NCBI GenBank assembly: GCA_000708835.1
Contig: DF237083.1
Coordinates: 62,001 to 126,000 of the forward strand
Reading direction: 5' to 3'
DNA from: Klebsormidium nitens
Lineage: Eukaryota; Plantae; Klebsormidiophyceae
DNA: 64,000 bases
Position 1 is the stretch's first letter. Each line of letters opens with the position of its first letter. A program made the position numbers and the translations under genes. Of the stretch, positions 46,400-57,200 are shown piece after piece. A model generated the notes under the pieces. That model searched no databases. It had not been told where the DNA came from and saw nothing but the letters and a program-made list of their open reading frames with translations.

Positions 46400-47577
46400 C
46401 AAAAGGGGGTTGCTTTTGGGCTAGGGCACAGGACAGCGTTCCGCCATCTGGGCGGACGGACTGGGGTCGGAAAAGGAAGAGGGCCGGAGATATTGTCAGG
46501 CAGCAAAGCAAACAGGCCAAGGAGAATGGAGTGCGGGAGGCAGCGTGCGGGGGAAAAGCGGCGGAACGGCGGAATTCAAGTGGGCGGAGCCGCAGCAATA
46601 TTGGGGAAGAGCGTTCGTCGACCGAGCTGTGTGGCACCTCCAACTGGGGAATGGACGCAGAGAGGGGCAGCGCGGAGAGCGGAGAGGAAGCGGAAACGGA
46701 ACCGGCAGAGGAAGACCCGACATGGGGCGATCCGCTTTTGGGCGCGGCGGACGTAGAAGGGAGTGTGGCGTGGATTGAGAGCTGCTTGGAGAACGAAATT
46801 GGACGTTGACAAGCGGCAGAACTAGAGACGGCGGAAGCAAACACCCGGTCTGCGCGATTGGAGGTTGAGCTCTCACGAACGAGACGGCTGGTGAGAGAGA
46901 AAGATCAGGAGGCGGAAGCAGCGAACGGAAGAGCGGAAGAGGAGCGGAAGAGGGCTGGAGAAAAGGATATGAAGTTAGCAGAGGCAGATATGAGGGCCGC
47001 CGGGTCTGATAAGAGGGCGAAAGAGGCGGATAAGAGGGCGGATGAAGCGGATGAGAGAGCGAAAAGTCTGAGTGCATGAACGGAGCAGGCGCAGAAAACA
47101 GCAAGGAAAGCCATTGAGAGGGCGGAAGAAGCCCGTCAAAGAGCGGGAATCGCGGAAGCGGAAGCGAGGGAGGCGGAAAAAAGGGCGTGAGAAGAGAGTG
47201 CAACATCAGGAAGGGCCGGTGCAGAGGCCAAGGCCGCCAGTGCGCGAGCGGAAGAAGCCAACGCGCGTGCGGAGAAGGCAGACGCGCGCGCAGAAGATGC
47301 CAGCGCGCGGGCGGAAGCAGCCATCGCGAGAGCGGAAATTGCCAGCGCACGAGCGGAAGATGCACACGCGCGAGCGGAAGAGGCGATTGACAGAGCGAAG
47401 ACAGCGGATGCGCGAGCAGCCGACGCAGAACGCGCGTTCGCGGCGCAAGCGACCCGCATGAGGAGGGCAGACGAGCTCACACGAGAGCTGGCAGACATAG
47501 CCCGCTCGACAGTAAGCGCAGGGCAGCAGTTTCCCGTCTCCGAGCAAGCGACGCGGGAGCTGGGAGAGGGGTTGTAA
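46400..47577 (+). pseudogene. Coiled-coil family copy 4, one frame with three in-frame TGA codons
   Basis: DPLLGAADVEGSVAWIESCLENE motif; TGA at 46807, 47077 and 47188, all in the same frame; TAA at 47575. Confidence 0.72.
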
Positions 47578-47729
47578 GAGAAAATGTGGGGAGAGGACGC
47601 TCTTCAGGAATAGGCGGGGAATCTTTAGAGGCGCGGCATCAAGATTCAATGCGACACGGGGAGGGAGCGAGTGGCGAGGTGAGACATGAGGGTTTGGAGG
47701 CCACAGAGAATCTGTGGGCAATTCTCTTC

Positions 47730-49588
47730 TTGCTCCAACTGAAATTGAACGACCATTTCAGAATCTTTTGGAGTTGGGATTGCACAAGTTTCCAGATGAT
47801 CGCTGTAGCAACACTACAAGTTCTGTGATCTTGAATTTCTGATCGGAGATGGGGGAAGCTAAAAGTTTTACTTGGGCGCCTTTCGAAGTGCCACGTGGGG
47901 CGACCCGGTACGGCCAGCTAGCCACCAGAATATCTTGCTGGCAAGCCTACGGATATCAGTGTTGCGCATTGGATGTGCAAGCTGGCCTTTTATCGAGCAA
48001 AACCCCCTCTTCTATCCTATGGTGGCATACTGCGGCGAGCCCTGGATAATTCTCGGTCAAGTGATTTGGGCCCTAGATTTCCGCCGCAATACCAGATTGC
48101 GTTTTATCCCTCCGATGCGAAGATTCACCTTTATTGAACCCCCGCTGTCTTGATTTTGTCTTAGTATCCTGAGAAGCTTACAAATGTCTCGACAAACTTT
48201 GTGTTCAGGAAAAGGAAAAGCATTCGGACAAGGAGAGCCGCGGAAAGGAAGACCTGCCCCTGCAGCGCGCGCATGACGTGAGTCACGCGCTGAATCGCTT
48301 CTACCAGACTTTTGAGCTCCGTTCTGATATCAATTGAACTGGGCGCTAGGATGAAAGCAGTCTGATGGGTTGGAAACGTAGGGTGGTGTTTGAGTTGAGC
48401 CCATAAGAGGATCAGTAGGGATCCCTTGCTGGAATTTCCGCTGCATCTATTCATCATGTGCACGAAACGCTCTCAAAGGAGACCAATTGTGCTGCTTACT
48501 AAAACATCCAAAAGAGTAAACTTTTGGAGTCAGAATTGCTTGCCACTTCTACTTGTTATCGAGCACCTTTGACCTTCCGGAAGCCTCCTTAAGTAGTCCA
48601 CGTCCCCATGTTTGCCTTGGACGAGGAGAAAAAGCTCTTTAGATTTGCTTGAACAGGGTGAGCGCAGCAAGGGGAGGCCTTCTGAGAACAAAGACAAAAA
48701 AGCAAAGAACGAGGGAAAGAAACTGGACACAGACTGGGAGAACTTCTGGAATAAGGGAAACAGTCGCTAGCCGCGACGAATTCACTGACTCTTTCGATGC
48801 CCAGTCCTCCTTATGTTCCCTACTACGGATTTCGAAAAGGATCGCAGTAATCAGTTAGAAGTATGATATTCTCTGAACGTGTGCATGATCCTCACTAAAC
48901 ATGTGCATACGCCGTCACCACGATAGCATAAGCCGGTTCCTCTAGAAGCTTTAGCCTCTTGCTTCTGTCTCCGTCACCATATGGTGACTTATGCATAAAA
49001 GATGGTGAATCTAAGGTCAAGTGTTGTCGATCTCGTTGACCGGATCAGGTTAGGTACGCCACTCCACCTTCTCTTCGACCGAGCTGACTTACGGACGACG
49101 CTCAACCCTCTGTTGACTGATCAGGATTTGGGACGACGCTCGACCTTCTCGTTGAAGTACCGGATCAGAGTTTGGGACGACGCTCAACCCTCTCTTTGAC
49201 CGATCAGGGTTAGGTACGCCGCTCGGTTAGGTACGCCGCTCCATCCTCTCTTTGACCAATCAGGGTTAGGGACGACGCTCGACCCTCTCTTTGACCGGAT
49301 CACGGTTAGGTTCGACGATTGACCCTCTCTTTGAATCTGCAGGAGAGGCAGCTCATCAAGACGACTTTTGAGGACCGCCACAAGACGTCGAAAGCGGCAC
49401 TGGTCAGGTGCCGGCGTCCTGGTCGTACAAAAAGAAGCAGTTCGCAATGCAAGGGGTGCAGATCAAATTTTTGTAAAGGCTCGACGTGCTTCGCCGCGGT
49501 GCATGATCGGCTGTATGTGGACTTCGTCAAAAGGCAGGAAAGGGAGTCTCGGGAACGGTTCAAAGGAATCGAGGAAGAAGAGAAGTAG
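47730..49588 (+). mobile_element. Probable decayed piggyBac-like transposase remnant
   Basis: Terminal exon 49343-49588 encodes RCRRPGRTKRSSSQCKGCRSNFCKGSTCFAAVH, resembling the piggyBac C-terminal Cys-rich domain with one Cys lost. Upstream stop-riddled fragments (RGATRYG..ISCW; WKRRVVFEL; LLEQG..KGRPS) are only loosely similar. No TIRs found. Confidence 0.35.
49036..49333 (+). repeat. Minisatellite, ~37-40 bp unit (ttgaccgatcagggttagggacgacgctcgaccctctct), about 7-8 degenerate copies
   Basis: Directly visible; ends immediately before acceptor ctctttgaatctgcag| at 49341-49342. Confidence 0.88.
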
Positions 49589-50864
49589 CAGTGAGCATCA
49601 ATGGGTAAGATGTTTGAGTCGGGGCCGGCTGAGCACAAAGCTTGCTCGAATTTTGACTCAGAGAGATGTAGGCTGCCGAGACGGTCATAAAACGAAGGAA
49701 TCCACTATGCAACGTCACAGCATTCCCCAAACAACAGCGACTCAGATCTGTTACTGCTGATTCATACATCTTTTTGCTTCTTACCTGTAGAAAAGATATG
49801 CTCGTTTACAGAAGCTCGAAATCATTAGTCTAGCTTGTACGAGCGATCAAACTGTTTCTTTCTTTCAGAAGGCACCAGAGAATTAGAAAAAGCAGAAGAA
49901 TTCCAACAGCGTCCAGAAGGTCCTTGATTTCATGATTTTTAACCACACATATGCGATTGTTGATACTGAGTCTTTGGTGCCTTGCCACACGATCTTGCAG
50001 GCCATGCACGGGATGAGATGGTTTCTTCGTGAATGCCGGACATCTCCCACCTGATTAAGTCATTTTCGCCGCCTGCTGCATCGTTAGTAATATACTGCAA
50101 GAATGATGTGGCCGTCTGACAATATCCGCACGGCTTCAAAAACCTAAACACTTTTGCTCGAGAATTTAAAATGGTGGCCGGGTACACCATGATGTACCTG
50201 CGGACTTGCAGCTCTTGGCCACGCTTTATTGCGCGTGAGACTACAGTGGTATAAGGTAAAGATAGTGTGACGTTGCGTGTAAGAACCTGTAGAATTCAAC
50301 GGCAGACAACCTCAGATCCTCTGTGCCTTTAATTGTATGGTTTTGGATGCTCTTTGTGCCTCCGCCTGATCTTCGCGATCGTGATCAAAGGTTGCACACA
50401 CATGTAGATGGAAAGGCGGGGTCAACCTCTGGGAACGCGTACGCTTTAGGACAATCAACATGATCTAATTGGTGCTTGTTAGATATATATGTCAGCACCA
50501 TGAATCAATAAATCCTGTTCTACGTACACATGCATTTGTTGCAAAGCTGTTACATATATATATACATCAGCATTGCAATGCAACGGCGCTGCTTCTGGAA
50601 GATCTGAAACAAGTTACTTGGCGGGAAAGTATACAAGCCCAATTATGATATCCAGCGGAGACGTCCTGCCCAGATACATGTTCTTCTTAATTACCTACTT
50701 TCTCTTTTCTGGACAACTGACGGCTCAGATCGAGTATGGTGGCTAATGTCAGGGTCATTGAACACGACATCTTATTTTTCTGTCTGGCCTTTGCCCGCTT
50801 GTTGTCCCAGCACTAGCCTAAAAACTTGATACGAAGCAACGTCGCAAGTGGCCCTATAGTTGGC

Positions 50865-51334
50865 TTACAACATTTCGGTGTCGCCACCCGCCTCACCAAC
50901 TGGGCCCTTCTTATCCAGACTGTTAACCTCGATTTCGAACTGCTCCCACTCCCCCGCCAGTGCCTGGTTCGCAAGGACTACCTTCTCACAAAACCCTTTT
51001 GGCAAGATCAAACCCACATATTTGCCGTGGTAGGTCCTCAGGGCATACCTTTCATCAAAGATGTGTTCCAGGGTAAACATTTCCCACTCCCTCAAGAAGT
51101 TCTTGGTCGTCAGGTGTTTTGATGATTTCGGGTCAGGATCTGGAGCGCCAAGGTATCTGCCATGCGCCGTCCTGAACGACACAAGACCGTTTCTCAGGTG
51201 CAAAAGAGTGAATTGCTCCCACTCCTTTGCCTCCTTGTGGTGTTTCACATCGCCATCGGGACTGGAGCTTAGATACCGGTGATGCGCGACGCTCTTGATG
51301 CAAACGGGAAGGCCTTGTACCTTGGTAGTGTCAG
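50865..51334 (-). CDS. Terminal exon encoding a fascin-like beta-trefoil domain; upstream exons unresolved
   Basis: Acceptor cctgcag| then VCIKSVAHHRYLSSSPDG..EWEQFTL..VSFRTAHGRYL..EWEMFTL..YALRTYHGKYV..EWEQFEI, a threefold repeat typical of fascin-type trefoils. Confidence 0.7.
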
Positions 51335-52866
51335 CTGCAGGAACAAGAGGTGGATTTTCAAACGTGAGTCCAAGAGTTCATTGCGCCTTATCGATCGATT
51401 CAACGGGGAGAGGATCAATGGCCTAAGGGCGACGAAAGATAAGAGGCAATGTAGATCTACTTTCAGGATTTCCAATGTGCGATGCGACGCTACATCTTGT
51501 CAGGCCAGGCAAGAACATTTCAATGTAATGAGCATGAATTGCCATTATGATCAATAATAATACAAGAAGATGAGGAGTGTGAACGTTTGGTAATGAGGAA
51601 CAGCATAAAGGACGAGCTCTAAGGATCTCTGAATGTTCTCACCCAAACTACGTACTGGGATGGACCATACGTCATATGAAGATCCAAACGTCAAATCAAA
51701 AAGCAGCTTACAGGAATCAAGAGACAGAGCCTACCAAGGCTCTTTCGACTATGTTTACCAAGTGCTGTCTCTCTTCCTTTCTTCGCCAAGTATCACATAA
51801 TCTCCAATCTCGATTCACAGGGAAACAGGTCATAATAACGCGAATGATAAGAGATGCGAAAGCTTGTTTTAGATTCGGTCTCAGATGATGAGTCTCCGAG
51901 AGGGGGAAATAAAGAGCAGAGGCCAGGACGGGGATAGCAATATTACTTACTTCGCCACCCTCTGCCAAAGTCCGGAATCGTGACCACCTCATCGCGAACG
52001 AGTTGACGGCCCTTTTCGAGAATAGCCGCGACGACAGACCCCTGATCAGGAGATGCAGCACCCCCCATGAACATCCTCAGGGATATCTCTCCTGCTCTTT
52101 TTAGGATGTCTCCTTGAAGGCAGAAGCGACAAACCTTCTTCAAAGCGCCGCGGTTCAGCTTTCTTTTGTTCAAGCGGATGCAATCCCAGAAGTTTGCAAA
52201 GAAGTGAGAGGATCGAGCACAGAAGAAGAAATCAAAGAATGAAGGACGACCAGACCCGAATGTGAGATGCATCTCAGAAGGCCAGAAAGGCGAGCCCCCG
52301 AATGGTCTTGTCAAAGAAAATATGGCCACACTCACATGTAGCTCCAGCGAAAGATTCGAGCGAATGGTCACGTCTAGAAAGGCTCCGCTTAGAAACGACT
52401 GTAATTGAATGGTTCGGAGGGAAGCGCTGACGCACCAGAACCTAGGCGCCGCGTATAAAGTCAGCAGAAAAGCCGCTACCGTTACTTTCTACTCTTGGTC
52501 GAGCATCGAACCCGCAATTCCCGCAATGATTCCTGAATGTTCTGCTTTCTCCGTCACCATACACGCGGGAGCTAGTAGAATCTGGCGCCGGACCGCCTTA
52601 CATTAGCCGCAGCGTTTTGTTCGAGCTGATGGTGGTTTGTCGCAACAGGGTTCACTTTGTTACGTTTTGAAAAAGGTTTGACAGAGAACAATCGTTCTTG
52701 CGTTCTTGAAGCCAGTTTGCACTTGAAGAGTGACGTTGCCGTGTCGTCAATCAGGCACCAAGACTTCTGGAGCATCGTGTGGAAGTCGTCGAGAATCGAA
52801 GGCCGGATTCGAATAGGATACACTTCATTCAACGCCTTACTTGCACTTGGCAATCCACCAATTTAG

Positions 52867-53091
52867 CTGCTCATGGTCGTCGACCTCCAGGGCGTCCGCT
52901 CATCCGACGGCCTGGATGACCGGCACGGATCCGGTCCGCTTCAGCACGTGAAGGGCATTGAGCTCTTCTTCCGGTCGCACAAGTGCAACCGGGTGTGTCA
53001 GGCGTTGGGTTTGCCCCCTCATCCGGGGGCCGCGAGAACAGACTCGGGAACAGCCCTAGTGCCCCGTGATAGTTTACTTTCTCGGCGCTGA
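52867..53091 (+). pseudogene. Alpha-kinase (eEF2K/MHCK family) C-terminal fragment
   Basis: LLMVVDLQGV and KGIELFFRSHKCNRVCQALGL match alpha-kinase subdomains; the TDP motif appears only in another frame (TGTDPVRFS), implying frameshifts. Confidence 0.65.
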
Positions 53092-54204
53092 GATAGTTCT
53101 AGCAAGACCGAAGCAGTTTTCCGCTTGTGTATGAAAAGCGGGATCGGACGAGATTTGCTAAAGGATTCGTTTGGCTCCGTAAGAGCATGGATCAGAACAT
53201 GGCCTGTGAGGGGGGCGGGTGGTGCTTTAGAAAAGTACTGCTAACACAATACGAGGTAGAAAAGAATCAGAGGAACTCATAAGTTATACCAGAGAGCCTG
53301 GTGTAGGGTTGAAAAAGTGAAGGTACATTTTGATTGCAGCAGTGTCAGGACACATCCGTTAGCAATTTTGATCATGCATTCCGTTGCTCAGCGGCCATAT
53401 GCATCTGGCTTATTTTTATCAGATTCGATCCGAATCCAGTCCGAGCGCGGTCGGTCCAGAATAATCACGAAGCTTCCCCGCTGTATTGCTCGCTAAAAAG
53501 CATTCAAATCTGCAAAGAATCACTTATGAAATTGACTTGATTGATGTCATTTCACAGATAATTAACTCCCGCGAAAAGCCAACTCTATGTGTGGATCCGA
53601 CCGGGTCGGACTCACGTCCGACGTCTTCGCAAAAAGTGCACCATGATAACAGCTTTAAGTATTTGTTAAATGATGCAGATCGAGAACGCGTCGGTCCACG
53701 TACGGCCGCCCCAACGTCATATCAAGAACCGCGATCTGGCAATTACTGGGTCCACCAGAAGCATATGCATGTCGTGGGCCGGTACGTAAGCTTTGGCGCG
53801 CACGCATGTTTCTGTTATACATGGCTAAACGGCGGCGACGACATACATGCCAGGCATGGCATTTTCAGAAGGTCACCGCGTCAATACGATCGTGGTGCGC
53901 AGCTGCACACATGCATGCATGCATTGAATTCATGGCATAACTAACTGCATTTAGCAGATGTGTACGCACGATCATGCGCTTCCACGCATGTCTGACTTCA
54001 ATCGACAATGTGAGAGTGTACTAATGAATGAGAATCAAAAAAACTCTGTAAAGCTTCCGTCTTCAAAATCTTGTGTCGGATGAGGACCTCGACACAGACT
54101 TGGGATCATCGAGCATTTTCAAAACTGCAAGCGCACTCGTCGCGACTTCACTCAAGCACTTTGACAAGGGCAGCGGCCGACTAGACAAAAGACTGCTTCC
54201 TTGT

Positions 54205-57200
54205 CTACCACCGGTTGTCTGGCGGCTTCACTTTGTAGATCCTCACAATCCAGTTCGAGCTGGTGAAGGCCTCCTCTATATACTCCAGATCGAAGTGCTT
54301 GTTTCCAATCTCGTACCCTCGGGCTCGATCGTACCTGGCGCGAAGAATCGTCAGGATGACGTCAGCCCTCGCCACATAAGTTGACAAAAAGGAGGATAGA
54401 AAAAGAGAGCACCACTGAGAGGGCGCCACTGAGACAACAATCGCTGTAAACAATCTCGCAGACTGGAGAGTGTTGGAAAGACAAAGATCTGCGCAAACGC
54501 CTGGTACAGGAGGATAACACAAGCGAGGAACAGTCCGCTCAAGATGTTAGCACACAGGAGGTCCTGATGCTTCACATCGAACCGCGAAAGGGCACCTAGC
54601 CAGACGTGAACATCTTCCGCCCCAGTACAAAAGCGAAGCACATATTGTGGTTAGTGGCAGCATGTAAAATGACATAACGAACAACTTGTCTGCTTCGCGA
54701 CCGAGGTGGGTATCTAGCTGACTCCAAAACACCAGCTGTCATGATGACCACGGTTTTGCGGCCAGCCGCCAGGCAAAGGCAGACGGCTGGGAAGTGTTCG
54801 CTACTACACCTCATAGCAATTGGTATTCGCGTGGGGAAGGCATGACCTGCTTTTCTTCCTCTGACCAGAAATCTTGATTGGGACAGAGGAGAGTGAAAAC
54901 AAAGTGGAAGAGCGCTTAGCCAACAAGCCCTAAAACCCTAAAAATGGCCTACCCGGCTGGTCGATTGTACTCCGTTTGCAGCTCGCCAAAGCGGTAGTAA
55001 CACATCTTGTACCTGCGTAAACATAACGCGCGTAAGTGAAAGGACTGACCTCTTTGCTGACATGTTCTCACGAGCCTCCATGCTGACGCCACAAAAAGGA
55101 AGGACTTTCACAGCAGGAACGGGAGCACACTGTCAAGGTGTTTTTGGAACTTGACAGGCCGTGCGAAATGCAAGGAAGGCCTGTTGACCGAGACACGCGA
55201 CGGACGGATTACACTTCATCACCGCGGCAACCATTGTCAAAAAGTTGGCAGCTTTGGCAGGAGCTATAAGGACGTAACGGATCACTTCTAGAATTTCGAC
55301 GGCCCGAATGCTCGGATAGTCTCCATACATGTCAGTCAGTGGGCGGATAGGCTGGAGAGAAGCTTCGCAGGCTTTCAACAGTCTGTCGCGGCAGAAATTT
55401 GTAAACCCAAACGTACAGATTTAACCCGGCCGTGATGCCCTTCGTTCTCCGTTGGGGGCGCATCCGTACTTTCGATCACGACAAAATTTTGAAAAAGCAA
55501 TGCCGCAATGGCGTTTCGACAACGCTCGCCGAGGGCAGCAAGCGCCACAGTACATGCCAAACAAGCAACAACTAGTAGCGGCAGAAACGTACGGTCGGAT
55601 CCTTACATGAGGCTGTCGAGCATCTTGGGCGCTGCCCCCTGTCCCACCGTATACTCCCCCCCCTCCGTCAGGTAATCGCTCTCCTGAATCACCGGGTAAA
55701 CGCCCCCCCCGATTCGAACCATCCACAAAAACTTGTTGATGTCATCGCTCGAGTAACCCGTGATCCCCCCGAAAACCACCAGAACGTAGTCCACGTCGAG
55801 TGACGTCATGATCTCGTAAGCGTCCGCTTCGGAGCTCGCCATCGCGCGCCCGACGGTGGCGATGTGGGTGTTGTTCCACGTGTTGTTGTCGACGATGACC
55901 GTACGGTTGGCCATCGCGGTTATCTGGTAACCGTAGTCCCACCAGCTCATGACCTGCGGGTTGAGAAGCGGGTTAGCAAGTATAGTAGAGGTCGCGTCAG
56001 CAAGACCCGATTCCACGTTATGGGCAATGATGCAGTTTCTTCGGGGTAAGAAAGAACCTTGAAAGCGTGAAGCTTCCCGAGAGGGACACCCGCTGCTCAA
56101 TCCGTCCGTTGTCAAAGGCATTAACGCACTGCTTGGACATCGAAAAGCAGTGCCCCTTACAAGGCACCGCGGACAAACAGCACCCCAGCTCCTCATAAAA
56201 CCACATAACAGAAGCAGATGCCCTCGATCACATGCGCACTCCATCGTCAGAGAGGACAGCAGATGAACGTGGTCAACAATCCACAATTTCCAGTAGAAAG
56301 CATGGAAAACGTGATCGCCCCTCTGCCATGATTTACTACGAAACCACAAAACTACGAAACCACTACGAAGACGACACGCTGCGACCAGCTGAAGCGACTG
56401 CTGTCGAGCAAACCATTTTGAGCAGAGCAACACGTGCCACTCCGCCCACCTTGGTTCCACGTGGCGTGTTGTAGTGCAGCCACGAGTAGGCTTCCCGAAA
56501 GTCGTCGAACATGATGCGTTGGCCGGAGGCGCCCCGTGCGGCCAACACGATGGAGGGGGAGCTGTACGCCTCGCTCGTGACCCATATGCTATGGGACGCG
56601 AACGCGATGAGGAAGTATCCGATGGCGGCGAGCGAAGCGGTGGCGATCAGGTTCTGGGACGGCAGGCCCTTTGCTTCCGCCTGGATGCGGAGAGAACTAG
56701 GATGAGAAAGGTTTTCGGAGGATTTTATAGAAGATGCAAGGCGTTCTTAGAAGACAACTCGAAAGTGCAAGTTTGGAAGCTGGCAATACGAGGAAGACTC
56801 GGCGTCTGGGCAGTCCGTTTGGAAGGACACTTTTGCGAACCTCGCGTGTCGACAAGTGAAGAATGTGATTTATTTGTTGTGAATGGCCGAAAGACTCGGC
56901 TGCGTCTTGACAAAAACGAAGTCCCCCGTTCCTTCGATCCAGAGGCGGAGCGATCTTTGCGGACGGGTTTCGAATATAAGGTTGTTCCCCGTACACTCGT
57001 TACTCGTTCCCACTTTGAAGAGCACACTCCTACGGCAAACCATTCCCCTCCTTTCTATGATTCGCAGCCGCCTTTCTTTTCTACCGGCGTCTCTACACGC
57101 GAAAGCACCCCTTCTGGAACCAATACAAAAACCACAAATCCAGAGGTCAAGATTGCAGAAAAGACGTCAATGCTTCCAGCCTCACCTTGGCAGACGCCTT

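Noticed and set aside
30112-47498. Long minus-strand ORFs (e.g. 30215..31330, 34901..36109, 36147..36956, 41470..42510, 46496..47365)
   Set aside because: Antisense shadows of the GC-rich, low-complexity coiled-coil ORFs; Ser/Ala/Pro-rich with no motifs.
49036-49333. CRISPR-like array
   Set aside because: Units are contiguous and degenerate with no unique spacers, there are no cas genes, and the context is eukaryotic.
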